IMG/VR virus record: IMGVR_UViG_3300026097_000876
Coordinates: 62,001-126,000 of that record
Length of the DNA: 64,000 nucleotides
Reading direction: 5' to 3' (one strand)
A model generated the notes under the pieces. It searched no databases. It was given only the letters and a program-made list of their open reading frames with translations, and had not been told where the DNA came from. Within the stretch, counting starts at the first letter, position 1. Every line of letters starts with the position of its first letter. The position numbers and the translations under genes were made by a program. Of the stretch, positions 13,337-22,763 are shown piece after piece.

Positions 13337-14056
13337 TTAATTTTCCCAAACTGCCGCGGAATAACCTTTTCCGTTAGTTTCTGCACCGTCGTTGTCAACT
13401 TCAACACCGTCGTAGTATACTTCTGTTACAGTGTCTTCGCCGTTCAAATACTCTGTGGTATGGAACTTTAGTTTCTTAGGATCGAACTCACCCACAGTTT
13501 CAATACGACCATCAAAGAACCCGCCCTTTTCACTTGAATACATCTGTGCAATATACTTGTGTTCTTCATGTTCGTCGCAACATCCCATTTCGATGATTTC
13601 TACTTCCCAATCGCTTTCTTCTGATACCGTGTCAATATATTCTTGTAGATCGTCACCGCTTACTACTTCTGCAATATTTTGAGCACCGTAGTCTTCTCCG
13701 TCAACTTCGTCAACGTACAAACGAGCACTGCCGTACTCTACACCATATGTATGTTCAAGTTCGTTCGGCGGTTCAAACCAAGGACGAGCATCTCCGTCTT
13801 CGTCAGTCATAAACTCTGCTTCTGTTGGTACGCCTTCGATGTCCTCGAAGTCAAAGTCATTATCTTCTGCACCTATCATATAGTTTACAAGATCACTGTC
13901 ACCATATTGCTCTGTGTGATCCTTCCAAAAGTCATGTGCTTCTTTCGAAATACTCATGTATGAACTTTCACCGCCATATCCTGTTAGTTGAATACGATAG
14001 TAGCGTGGACCACTAAGTGTGTCTACTAGTTCTTGTTTTTCTTCTGATGTTGCCAT
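13337..14056 (-). CDS. Highly acidic hypothetical protein
   Basis: ORF track; ATG 14056 after GAGGA. Confidence 0.75.
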   Translation of the reverse strand: MATSEEKQELVDTLSGPRYYRIQLTGYGGESSYMSISKEAHDFWKDHTEQYGDSDLVNYMIGAEDNDFDFEDIEGVPTEAEFMTDEDGDARPWFEPPNELEHTYGVEYGSARLYVDEVDGEDYGAQNIAEVVSGDDLQEYIDTVSEESDWEVEIIEMGCCDEHEEHKYIAQMYSSEKGGFFDGRIETVGEFDPKKLKFHTTEYLNGEDTVTEVYYDGVEVDNDGAETNGKGYSAAVWEN

Positions 14057-14060
14057 TTCA

Positions 14061-15500
14061 TTATTCCTCGTTGTCAAGATTTGCTAAAAATGATCTAAGT
14101 TTAGTAGACTCTGCTTCTACTTTGATTTTTCCTACTGACGAGCCTTGTGATGGATCGTCATTTGTTTCCGTATTATCTACGGCAGAATTGCGTTTGAGAT
14201 TACCTACAATGTTATTCACTGTTTTGTTAGTACCAAACGAATTAGTATTTTCATCTTCGTCTTCGTCCAAGTTTCGAATACGTAATGTGTCTACATCAAA
14301 CTCTAGATCAATTTTTTGTCCCACACCACTCGACGAACGTGTCTTCATTAACTGGATCTGATAGCGTCCTCGCTCACGCATTGCTCTACTAGTAAAGATA
14401 CCAATCAAGTTATCTGCTGTGTTGATCTTAGATATACCGCCCGAGATGTGCGAGTGATCAAATTCAATTTCTTCTACTGAACTTCTGTTCAACTGAGATG
14501 CTGTAACAAAGATAGTGTTCAACTCCATAGCCAAGTTACGTAACTCTTCCGATACATACTTGTCTTTCACAAACAAGTTCTCTGCGCTAATCTTTGCGGC
14601 AATAGGATGCATCAAATCCAAGTAGTCAACTAATAGTACATCTACCTTACGTCCTGTTTTAATTTCGTATTCTTTCAAATAGCTTCTGATATCGTTTGCG
14701 TTTTTGCCTGTGGGCATATACTTGACCTGGAATGCACCCGACTTCTTGCCAATCATCTTGACTTTCATTTCTACATCGTCAATACTTTTAAACACATCGC
14801 GACTAGGAATATCTGTAGTCATCGAATCAAGACGCATACTTACTAAGTTTTCTGAAAGCTCAAATGTCAAGTACACCACGTTCAATCCTTGTAGTGCCCA
14901 GTTCACTCCCATGTTTGCTAAGAATAAACTCTTACCAGATCCTGAACCACCTGCAAAGATATTCAGTTCGCCTCTGTTAAATCCGCCAAATAATTTTTTA
15001 TCTAAACTTGGCCAGCCTGTAGATATCTGTCCGTTCTTGTCTTTAATTGCTTCAAGACGAGACTTAGGATCAGCAAAGTAATCAGTACCTAGATCTTTCT
15101 GTAGACCAATTTGCACAGCTTTCTTAACCAAGTCTTCAACAGGCCCGTACTCGCCCTTTTCTAATAAGTCAGCACTATCAAGGATTGCTTTCTCTAATGC
15201 TTTGTGTCTACTAAATGTTTCAAATTCTTTGAGCAACCAGTCATAGTGATTTTCTGCTAAGTCGCCCGGGTGTTTTAAATCTACCTGAGTTGCTGCATTT
15301 ATCATTTCAAAAGTAGGTAATGCATTGTGTTCGACAACATAATCATTTAAAAACTTTGCAGGGTCTTGTAAGCGTCTATCAAAAGATAACGGATCAAACA
15401 CAGCTTGACATCGCACAAAACTCTCGGCGTCAGTCAGCATCATTTCTAGATAGATTTTTTGTATATCGTAACCGTAGTCTGTATTTTGTCTTGTGCTCAT
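14061..15500 (-). CDS. gp41: Replicative DnaB-like helicase (T4 gp41-like)
   Basis: Walker A GGSGSGKS; LLVDYLDLM; TASQLNR; QLMKTR. Confidence 0.9.
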   Translation of the reverse strand: MSTRQNTDYGYDIQKIYLEMMLTDAESFVRCQAVFDPLSFDRRLQDPAKFLNDYVVEHNALPTFEMINAATQVDLKHPGDLAENHYDWLLKEFETFSRHKALEKAILDSADLLEKGEYGPVEDLVKKAVQIGLQKDLGTDYFADPKSRLEAIKDKNGQISTGWPSLDKKLFGGFNRGELNIFAGGSGSGKSLFLANMGVNWALQGLNVVYLTFELSENLVSMRLDSMTTDIPSRDVFKSIDDVEMKVKMIGKKSGAFQVKYMPTGKNANDIRSYLKEYEIKTGRKVDVLLVDYLDLMHPIAAKISAENLFVKDKYVSEELRNLAMELNTIFVTASQLNRSSVEEIEFDHSHISGGISKINTADNLIGIFTSRAMRERGRYQIQLMKTRSSSGVGQKIDLEFDVDTLRIRNLDEDEDENTNSFGTNKTVNNIVGNLKRNSAVDNTETNDDPSQGSSVGKIKVEAESTKLRSFLANLDNEE

Positions 15501-15506
15501 ATTAGT

Positions 15507-15536
15507 ATTATAAAGCCTTATGCCATTTGTTGTCAA
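15507..15536 (-). promoter_or_regulatory. sigma70-type promoter for the helicase (leaderless)
   Basis: TTGACA-18-TATAAT, 6 nt from ATG. Confidence 0.7.
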
Positions 15537-16476
15537 TTGATATATGCTGTTTTGAATGTGCTAGAAACGTACCGATACAACTTCCAGGATCGCCTGGGTT
15601 CTTAGGCACATGCACATTTTGCCATTGATCTCTAATTTTATCAATAGCTTGTTTGTTTAGTGCGCCTCCGCCTGCTAGTGCTAAGTTAGAACTCTTAGTT
15701 TTATTTTTTGCCCAACAGCTTAGACCAAACACAGCATCTTCAAATATTTCTTGAGTAGTTGCTGCTAACATTCCTAAAGCTCTTTCAGTGCTTATTTCTG
15801 GACGGAACCATCGACAGCCTCTATGTAAATTTTCTTTAAATCTCCACCTAGGGTCTCGAAAGCTAGGTAAACGGTCTACTATCTCAGTCATTACAGCGTT
15901 GCGAAAATGTTCCGGGTCGTGACCTTCCCCCATGCTTGCTACCATGTACTCGTCACGTTGTGGTACTAATCCTAAACGTTGAGTCATTGCCGAATAAAAT
16001 AAGCCAGGACTGTGTGGATAACCTTGACTGTAAATCTTTCTAAGTTTATTGTTCTTTCCGTGCCATATAGTTAAAGTTTCAAACTCACCTATACTATCTA
16101 AACAGATTACAGCACAATCATCATGAGGTTGTGTGTAATAAGCATAGGCAGCATGACTTAGATGATGCTGAGTATATTTAATTTTACAATTGATATCCCA
16201 TTGCTTTAAATATTTTTTTATGTTATTTTCTTTGTATAACCAACCCTGTCCTGCTTTGAACTGACGCAGTGTTTTTAGTACAGGTTTTTCATACCAATAA
16301 ATCTTAGATGGCGTTCCAAATTTTTGTTTGGCTACTTCTAGCTGTGTCCAATTAAAGTCTGGGTCATTAGGAATTTTGGAGAAGTCCTTTGCAAGACTTG
16401 CCCATAGTAACTTATTGTCATCAAATACAGCTAGGCTAGCATCGTGACTATTGCCAACCATTCCCCAATTAATCAT
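15508..16476 (-). CDS. Carbamoyltransferase (NodU/CmcH/TobZ family), N-terminal Kae1-like domain only
   Basis: SHDASLA, HHLSHAA, DSIGE, GGGALN, PGDPG motifs; 322 aa. Confidence 0.8.
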   Translation of the reverse strand: MINWGMVGNSHDASLAVFDDNKLLWASLAKDFSKIPNDPDFNWTQLEVAKQKFGTPSKIYWYEKPVLKTLRQFKAGQGWLYKENNIKKYLKQWDINCKIKYTQHHLSHAAYAYYTQPHDDCAVICLDSIGEFETLTIWHGKNNKLRKIYSQGYPHSPGLFYSAMTQRLGLVPQRDEYMVASMGEGHDPEHFRNAVMTEIVDRLPSFRDPRWRFKENLHRGCRWFRPEISTERALGMLAATTQEIFEDAVFGLSCWAKNKTKSSNLALAGGGALNKQAIDKIRDQWQNVHVPKNPGDPGSCIGTFLAHSKQHISIDNKWHKAL

Positions 16477-16595
16477 TTGTAAATAAAAGGATCCCGTTTT
16501 TTAAGTTCTTCAATCTTCTTTTTTAGATCTTGTTTCTTCTTCCATTTAGTATAGGGAATTATTAACCAATTCCAGAATTTTTTTAAGTGAACCAT
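16473..16595 (-). CDS. Small basic protein, 40 aa (...KKRDPFIYK)
   Basis: Read by hand; overlaps the primase stop and the next start. Confidence 0.6.
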   Translation of the reverse strand: MVHLKKFWNWLIIPYTKWKKKQDLKKKIEELKKRDPFIYK

Positions 16596-17566
16596 TTTTT
16601 TGCTCTCAGTCTAATTTTAAGTGGCGATTCTTCTGCAGCATTTGCAATGCTATGTAACGTATACAGTCTTCCGTATTTACTTACAGCATCTCCGATGTCG
16701 CCTATCTCTGGCATCCAATCAGGTAAACTAACACTCCAACCTAGTTCAATAGCACGTTCTACTAGTTTGCTACCAGCCTTGTCTCTGTCAGGTACTACAA
16801 TGATCTGTTTCTGTAGCCTGTTGAGTAGCATTGCTTGTTGATCGCTAATCTCTGAACCGCCTAGGGCACAGCCTTCTACATGGATAGCATCGATCTGTCC
16901 TTCGCATACAATAGCAAACACTTTAGTATGACGCTGTTCATCTAGCCCATACACGAACCCGGGCTGTATCTCACTCAAGTACTTGGGCTTCTTGTCTGCT
17001 AGTATTGAACGTCCTGTCCACCCTACGATGCGTCCTTCGTAGTAGAAGGGTATGATCAATCTATCACGATAGCCTAGGCTTGGGCTCCAGTAGTAGTCAG
17101 TGTCATCTACATTCAAGTGACGTGCTGCCATGTACTCTAGTATAGCCATGCTAAACTTGTTGAAGTCTGTGATGTCTGTGATCTTAATCGCATCGTCTGG
17201 CAACGGGACAGTATTGAAGGTAGGCAGTTCCGCTATACGGTTCTTGACCTCAACGCCTTCGTTCTCTCTCATAACCTCAAGTGCCACCTTGTTGATTATA
17301 TCGTCAGGTGCTCCCATCCACTGGAGAAGTTTACGCAGCTTGTGGCTAAAGTTCCTGCCCGGTTGCCAGGATGCTTTGAAGCCGCAGTTAAAACAGTGAT
17401 AACTTACGCCACCATCCGGATTGGCAATTAAGCCGCCACGTTGTCTTGTGTCCGCAGTTGTACCATTATGATTACAACACGGAGCATTAAACGAAACCCA
17501 ACCACTAGGAGTTGTCTTACGCTTTGGTGGCAAATATGTTAGAACTGTATCAGATACTATACTCAT
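16583..17566 (-). CDS. gp61: DNA primase (T4 gp61/DnaG-like)
   Basis: Zn-binding CC.H...HCFNCG; TOPRIM CEGQIDA and PDRD. Confidence 0.9.
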   Translation of the reverse strand: MSIVSDTVLTYLPPKRKTTPSGWVSFNAPCCNHNGTTADTRQRGGLIANPDGGVSYHCFNCGFKASWQPGRNFSHKLRKLLQWMGAPDDIINKVALEVMRENEGVEVKNRIAELPTFNTVPLPDDAIKITDITDFNKFSMAILEYMAARHLNVDDTDYYWSPSLGYRDRLIIPFYYEGRIVGWTGRSILADKKPKYLSEIQPGFVYGLDEQRHTKVFAIVCEGQIDAIHVEGCALGGSEISDQQAMLLNRLQKQIIVVPDRDKAGSKLVERAIELGWSVSLPDWMPEIGDIGDAVSKYGRLYTLHSIANAAEESPLKIRLRAKKWFT

Positions 17567-17572
17567 ACTAAG

Positions 17573-17601
17573 AGTATACGATATATCTATAATAAAGTCA
17601 A
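17573..17601 (-). promoter_or_regulatory. sigma70-type promoter for the primase (leaderless)
   Basis: TTGACT-17-TATACT, 6 nt from ATG. Confidence 0.75.
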
Positions 17602-18366
17602 CTAATTTCTTAAAAGAATTTTATCAATAGTTCCAGTGTTACCAGAATTATTACTATACTTAAATCTCAAATGGCTAAAAACACCATTGAAATTTTCGTA
17701 TACTGGAGTTGAAGGAGTTGACATATTAATAGTACTAATGTCAAACCAAGACTGAGTTGTATTATCATCCAACGTACCCTGTATAGTTACAGTGCCGTCG
17801 AATCCTGTTGAATAAATTGCAGCTGTGTGTAAGCCTTCATTGCTATTGATCTGTGGTTCTGCATCTATAGCTGAACTAGTATTTTCTACAAATGTTGAAA
17901 TTGTTTTTGAAACAATAGGTCCTGGGAACGCAGAAGTTATTAGTTCGATTGTGCCGCTGGTTCCAAATTGATCGTCTGCATATGTAATATTGTTTGTGCT
18001 ATCAGCAATTTTATTTAGATACACAGTATACATCATATATTGTCCGTCAATATTTAATATGTCGCCATCTGCAATATTAATTGTAAACTGACCTTTATAT
18101 AATGAACTAGTTTCTTTAACAGTGCCCTGATACTTTTTTAATAATACCTTGTCTTCTGTAAAAACTTCTACATAAGGAATATATGTGTTTAAAATTGAAA
18201 CTGGTTTGTGATCACTATTTTTAACTTCAAACGTTATCACGTTATCAATTCCTTTTATTACTTTTATATTTCTTTGATACAATTTTCTATACTCCACGTT
18301 GCCTGCAAAGTCATCTGCGATAACTACGGTTCTGTTTGAAACTAAATACCTTGTCACTAGCTGCAT
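17602..18366 (-). CDS. Hypothetical protein, beta-rich, probably late or virion
   Basis: ORF track; TATAAATA late promoter upstream. Confidence 0.75.
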   Translation of the reverse strand: MQLVTRYLVSNRTVVIADDFAGNVEYRKLYQRNIKVIKGIDNVITFEVKNSDHKPVSILNTYIPYVEVFTEDKVLLKKYQGTVKETSSLYKGQFTINIADGDILNIDGQYMMYTVYLNKIADSTNNITYADDQFGTSGTIELITSAFPGPIVSKTISTFVENTSSAIDAEPQINSNEGLHTAAIYSTGFDGTVTIQGTLDDNTTQSWFDISTINMSTPSTPVYENFNGVFSHLRFKYSNNSGNTGTIDKILLRN

Positions 18367-18388
18367 AATGAATTAATCCTAACTAGTG

Positions 18389-18396
18389 TATTTATA
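18389..18396 (-). promoter_or_regulatory. T4-type late promoter
   Basis: TATAAATA. Confidence 0.7.
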
Positions 18397-18401
18397 AGAG
18401 C

Positions 18402-18773
18402 ATGTTAAGAAAAGATATAGAAGAAAAATTTCCGTTTTTGAGTGTTGTCACGTATGGTGGTTCCGAGTACATCGGTATCATTAATAATCAGGACAACTAT
18501 ATTACTAGTATGTATGTGTATACTGAATTACGCACCCAAGAAGATAAACAAAGGTTTATCGAACTTGGCGAAGTATGGTGGTGGGAATCAAATAGAATGA
18601 TCCCTATTAATATATTTTTAAATTCTGATATGCAACAATTTAGATATGCACAAATAACTATGAATTCTAAAGATGTTAAAATAACACTAGGGCCAACTGT
18701 AAATCTTAACAGACTACATGTTAAGAGAGTAAAACGTAAAAGTGTACAGTTAGTTAAAAAGCCTAAGAACTAA
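18402..18773 (+). CDS. Hypothetical protein, 123 aa
   Basis: ORF track. Confidence 0.75.
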   Translation: MLRKDIEEKFPFLSVVTYGGSEYIGIINNQDNYITSMYVYTELRTQEDKQRFIELGEVWWWESNRMIPINIFLNSDMQQFRYAQITMNSKDVKITLGPTVNLNRLHVKRVKRKSVQLVKKPKN

Positions 18774-19323
18774 TTTGTTCGCAAAGTAAATTCATATGTA
18801 CTACAACAGCTACAGCATACGAGAAGGCATGGCTTTTCTTAAAGTAGTACCCGCCGTCAGTCGGCTTCGTCCACACTTCCTTCATTATCGTTTCCCAACC
18901 CTTGTCCGCTAGATGTCTCTTCGCTGGACGTATTATCGCTAGTGTCGCTGCCAATTGTTCTACCGATTGCGGCTTCAATTGTTTCAGCAGTGCTCCGTGC
19001 CCGTTTAGATGAAAGACGCTTTCGCTGAAGTCTTCGTGTTCCAGAAGTTGCCATAAAGGAGTCCTTTCCATTAATTCTTGAAGATGTCGACTGTCCTTAA
19101 CGTCTTTGTAAATGTTGACGTTAAGGAAGTCTAGTTTAAAGTAGCCGCGTTCTTCTGCGGTCTTATGATCAATTGTAGATAGATTATCTACAGGATTGTG
19201 TGGAATTTCAGTAGCATAAATTCCAGTATTGTGTTTTTTCCCAGTGTCTAATTTTGCTACTCGATGTTGTAGCTTAGACAATATAATATCTCTGTTAGGA
19301 AAATCAATATCAATATCAGGCAT
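18763..19323 (-). CDS. Miniature DNA polymerase III alpha (DnaE)-like protein
   Basis: MPDIDIDF, GYFKLDFLNV, AIIRP, FKKSHAFSYA; only 186 aa. Confidence 0.8.
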   Translation of the reverse strand: MPDIDIDFPNRDIILSKLQHRVAKLDTGKKHNTGIYATEIPHNPVDNLSTIDHKTAEERGYFKLDFLNVNIYKDVKDSRHLQELMERTPLWQLLEHEDFSESVFHLNGHGALLKQLKPQSVEQLAATLAIIRPAKRHLADKGWETIMKEVWTKPTDGGYYFKKSHAFSYAVAVVVHMNLLCEQISS

Positions 19324-19804
19324 TTGCTAGTGCTTCTTTCCATTTTGAAGGAGTTACGTGTTCTTGCATAGTAACACCGTTAAGCAAATCTATCAAGCGC
19401 AAGAATGTTCTAGCTGAATAACCACTTAACCATTCCTCTCTAGTTTTTCCTAATTCGTTAGTCCAGCGAGCAAGTACTTTGCATGGCCTTGAAATTTGTA
19501 AAGTAACACCTGGAAAACTTAAACAAGATTCCCACATATCAACTTCTTGTTCGTCTACTTCAATAATTTCAGGATTAATAGCAAGCATTTTTCGCTCATT
19601 AATGTTGTTTGTTGACGAATTCATCATAGCAAAAGCCCTAAAAGTTTCTCCTATTTGATTTGCTGATACTCCAGTTCCGTTATTTTTAATTATAACATCA
19701 AACATTTCTTCTTTAAGTTCAGTAAAATTAACTGGTGCATTGTCAATATCAATCTGGTCGCACACAGTTTCTAAAAGTTTATTTGGGTGTGTAATTACTT
19801 CCAT
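19316..19804 (-). CDS. def: Peptide deformylase-like protein with a degenerate active site
   Basis: GTGVSANQIG, INPEI and ESCLSFPG present; HExxH replaced by RLIDL. Confidence 0.8.
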   Translation of the reverse strand: MEVITHPNKLLETVCDQIDIDNAPVNFTELKEEMFDVIIKNNGTGVSANQIGETFRAFAMMNSSTNNINERKMLAINPEIIEVDEQEVDMWESCLSFPGVTLQISRPCKVLARWTNELGKTREEWLSGYSARTFLRLIDLLNGVTMQEHVTPSKWKEALANA

Positions 19805-19805
19805 C

Positions 19806-20366
19806 TTATTTCTCCTCATAAAAATAGTCTACTACAAACACTCTTTTGTCTTGCCTAGTCGGATATGATCCATATAGGACTGTGCTTTTAAAAATTAACA
19901 CATCGCCTCTATTAGGTTTATAACAGAGGTCGTGTGTATTTCCTAACCCGTCATAAAGAAACGCAAAAGTTCCTCCATGCCATGTCGATTCATCGCTGTC
20001 TGGTTCTGTTAAGTAACAAATTGCACTAATTTTCTTTACAGTTTGATCACTGTGTCTGTGCGCCTTTTGCCACCCTCCTTTCTTGTAATCAACAATCCAT
20101 AGTGCGCATAAATCTGTTAGTTGTATATTTAACCCAACTTCGTCAATTTTATCCTGTAAAAAAGGTTTATACTTCCATTCGTTGAGATATGCACGTTCGT
20201 GTACATTAAATTGCTGTCCTCGATATGTAGTGGTTTGATCGCTTACATCGGTTCGAGTATCTTTAGGGAATACTTTTTTATCCCAATGAAAATCAAACTC
20301 TTCGCAATCAGGATAGTGTGATTCTATGATCCATTGGTGTTCGTTTCCTAATAAACATGTTTTCAT
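19806..20366 (-). CDS. 2OG-Fe(II) oxygenase-like protein
   Basis: HRH, SAICYL, GGTF, PNRGDVLIF, KRVFVVD; distal His appears replaced by Tyr. Confidence 0.7.
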   Translation of the reverse strand: MKTCLLGNEHQWIIESHYPDCEEFDFHWDKKVFPKDTRTDVSDQTTTYRGQQFNVHERAYLNEWKYKPFLQDKIDEVGLNIQLTDLCALWIVDYKKGGWQKAHRHSDQTVKKISAICYLTEPDSDESTWHGGTFAFLYDGLGNTHDLCYKPNRGDVLIFKSTVLYGSYPTRQDKRVFVVDYFYEEK

Positions 20367-21049
20367 AGTTTTGATTCCTTGGCTACTTCTTTTACTATTT
20401 CAACATCAGCAACTTTCTTTTTAAATTTGAGTGCCCAGTGTTGAGGATTTAATACAACATATACAAAGCCTAATTGCTCGTCATTAAACTTGTTTAGCAT
20501 TTCTTTTCCGCTTGAACAATTCAACACTAACCAAGGACTTATCTTTCCGTCCTTAATATCTCGTACAATTCGATTTAAACTTGCGTAACGAAAATAATCA
20601 TTCCACGGAGTATCTTTTTCTTCGCCCCAATCCATCATTGTTTCGATAGAACGTTTAACTGCTGTATCCATATTTTCTTTCAGGATCAAATCAATGACAT
20701 ACTTTTCGTATAGTTCATCTTTACACCAGTGATCTAATTTAATACCACTAGTTACTACATGGTCGATATAACGTTCAGGATATAATGGACGTACATTGCT
20801 AACAAATGATCCAAATTTTACAAATGCATTGTAGTACTGAGAATTGCAAAATTCTTTATATGTTTTATCCTGTTTAGCACCTGCACTTAGTTTGTAAAAT
20901 CTTTGAAATGCGTATAATCCTAGTTGTACTCGCTTTTCATTTTTCTGTAAAGCTCTGCGTTTTTTTTCGCACATATGCACAGCAAGAGTTTTTTCTCTTA
21001 CATACGCTGTGTTGCAATATTCACACACATAAGGCTTTTCTACAGACAT
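20363..21049 (-). CDS. Conserved hypothetical protein with an N-terminal C2H-type Zn finger
   Basis: YVCEYC...LAVHMC. Confidence 0.7.
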   Translation of the reverse strand: MSVEKPYVCEYCNTAYVREKTLAVHMCEKKRRALQKNEKRVQLGLYAFQRFYKLSAGAKQDKTYKEFCNSQYYNAFVKFGSFVSNVRPLYPERYIDHVVTSGIKLDHWCKDELYEKYVIDLILKENMDTAVKRSIETMMDWGEEKDTPWNDYFRYASLNRIVRDIKDGKISPWLVLNCSSGKEMLNKFNDEQLGFVYVVLNPQHWALKFKKKVADVEIVKEVAKESKL

Positions 21050-21053
21050 TTGT

Positions 21054-21782
21054 TTAAATGACCCATTCGATTGTTTTTGACGATTCAAAAATTCTATCAT
21101 ACTCTTTTGATTCCATGGTGTGTAATTTTATTTGCCAGTCATTAATAAACTCTTTTGTACTGTCAGTTATCTTATAGTGTAACACGTTTTCTACAAAATT
21201 ACAATGTTCTAATGGCAGAGGATGATCTTCAATATACCATTCATTATCTCGTAAATATTGCGGTCTTGTTTTATCCTTTTCAATATTAGGATACCAGGAT
21301 AATTCAGTAAGTGTTTTAGTTTTAGGTTCAACCCATTGTTTATACATGTCTAATATTTTAGATATTGTTTCATGTTCTAATAGTATATCGTCAGTATAAG
21401 GATTGTTGATACTAGTACTGATTACATTAGCACCAGTTGTTTTTAATGCCAATAGTGTACTTGCAATTAAATTACAATCTCGATAAACATAATATTCTAA
21501 ATCATCATGTTCGATATTCTGATTAAAGATATTTCCTCTAGTTACCCATTCGCCATTATATCTATCTTCTCTAAAAAAGTTACTCCACATAATTATAATT
21601 GTATCGTCTTTGTTAAACTTTTTTATAGCATTTGTTTCCCAGATTCTATTAGCAATTAATTGGTTACCGCTGCCTAACTTTCCACAGTTGTAACCTTCCT
21701 GAGATTCTCTAATTATAATATCTGCCCATGTAGGATAATAGTATTTTGTAAAGCTGCATCCATAAGCAAACACTCGACTCAA
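21054..21782 (-). CDS. SGNH-like hydrolase
   Basis: FAYGCSFT, GSGN, DHP motifs. Confidence 0.6.
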   Translation of the reverse strand: MSRVFAYGCSFTKYYYPTWADIIIRESQEGYNCGKLGSGNQLIANRIWETNAIKKFNKDDTIIIMWSNFFREDRYNGEWVTRGNIFNQNIEHDDLEYYVYRDCNLIASTLLALKTTGANVISTSINNPYTDDILLEHETISKILDMYKQWVEPKTKTLTELSWYPNIEKDKTRPQYLRDNEWYIEDHPLPLEHCNFVENVLHYKITDSTKEFINDWQIKLHTMESKEYDRIFESSKTIEWVI

Positions 21783-22234
21783 AGTTTAACTCCGTCGAAT
21801 CCGTTGTCTTTAGCTAACTGTTGTAATTCTTTTTTAGTATACATAGATGCAAGCATTTCTATTTCATCTATTTTTTTGTTCGGATAAAGCTCTTTTAAAA
21901 ACTTAGATGCTTTACTGTTGTCCTGAGTTTTTTTCTTGTGCCCTATCCACTGATGATATTCTATTTTACCTGTGTTTCCGCTTAAACATAACAGTTGCCA
22001 TAATAATTTTTTATGTCGTTGCAACGTAAAAAAATGTTTGTTGTAATATTCATTAGTTTTAAAAACCGCTAGTTCTTGTTTTTCTCGCGACCCCTTAACA
22101 CAACTGACATATCTGTTTAAAAGATAAAAGCTAACTTGCTTTCGATCGTCCTCTGTTAATTCGTCCCACACAGACATACCGCCCATGTCAATTGCGGCTA
22201 ATATATCTTTTAATGGAAGTTTTTGTGATGCCAT
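21779..22234 (-). CDS. gp62: Clamp-loader small subunit (T4 gp62-like)
   Basis: FYLLNRYVS...NKHFF...HKKLLWQLLC...QWI pattern. Confidence 0.6.
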   Translation of the reverse strand: MASQKLPLKDILAAIDMGGMSVWDELTEDDRKQVSFYLLNRYVSCVKGSREKQELAVFKTNEYYNKHFFTLQRHKKLLWQLLCLSGNTGKIEYHQWIGHKKKTQDNSKASKFLKELYPNKKIDEIEMLASMYTKKELQQLAKDNGFDGVKL

Positions 22235-22242
22235 ATGAGTTC

Positions 22243-22500
22243 TCAATTACTATCTTTTATAATATAATACGTTGTTACTATTTTGTCAAGTTGTTTTTTT
22301 AATGTAGGATTTGTTAGTGCAAGTTCACATAGTTCCTTCCAAGCACTATAATCTAATAGTTCGCCTTGTGCTCTAGCAACAGAAAAAGGATCTCCACCTA
22401 CGATCCAGCGTTTAATCTCAGGAAGATCGCGATACCGAGCGTAGACAACACCGTCGCTACGCTCGTATATCAATGGCTCGCCTGGAATTAATTTAGCCAT
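22243..22500 (-). CDS. Hypothetical protein, 85 aa
   Basis: ORF track. Confidence 0.7.
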   Translation of the reverse strand: MAKLIPGEPLIYERSDGVVYARYRDLPEIKRWIVGGDPFSVARAQGELLDYSAWKELCELALTNPTLKKQLDKIVTTYYIIKDSN

Positions 22501-22753
22501 TCAATCGTGCAATTAGCTCTTCTTTTTTAAGACTAGCATTTGCTTTGATTCCTTTTTCCTTGCAAAGAGCAAGCAAGTCTTTTTTAGCCATAGTAGTTAA
22601 ATCAGCCTTTGTACTTTTAGTCGAAACTGTTTTTGTTTTGATTGACATAGGCGACTTTGTTTCTTCTTTTACTTCTGATTTTTGCGCATCTTGTGTAATA
22701 ACCGGAGTGTCCGGAATATCTAATCCAAATAACTTCTTTAACCAATTAAACAT
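22493..22753 (-). CDS. Protein with a C-terminal SAP/Rho-N-like nucleic-acid-binding motif
   Basis: DLTTMAKKDLLALCKEKGIKANASLKKEELIARL. Confidence 0.65.
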   Translation of the reverse strand: MFNWLKKLFGLDIPDTPVITQDAQKSEVKEETKSPMSIKTKTVSTKSTKADLTTMAKKDLLALCKEKGIKANASLKKEELIARLNG

Positions 22754-22763
22754 AATACTTCCT

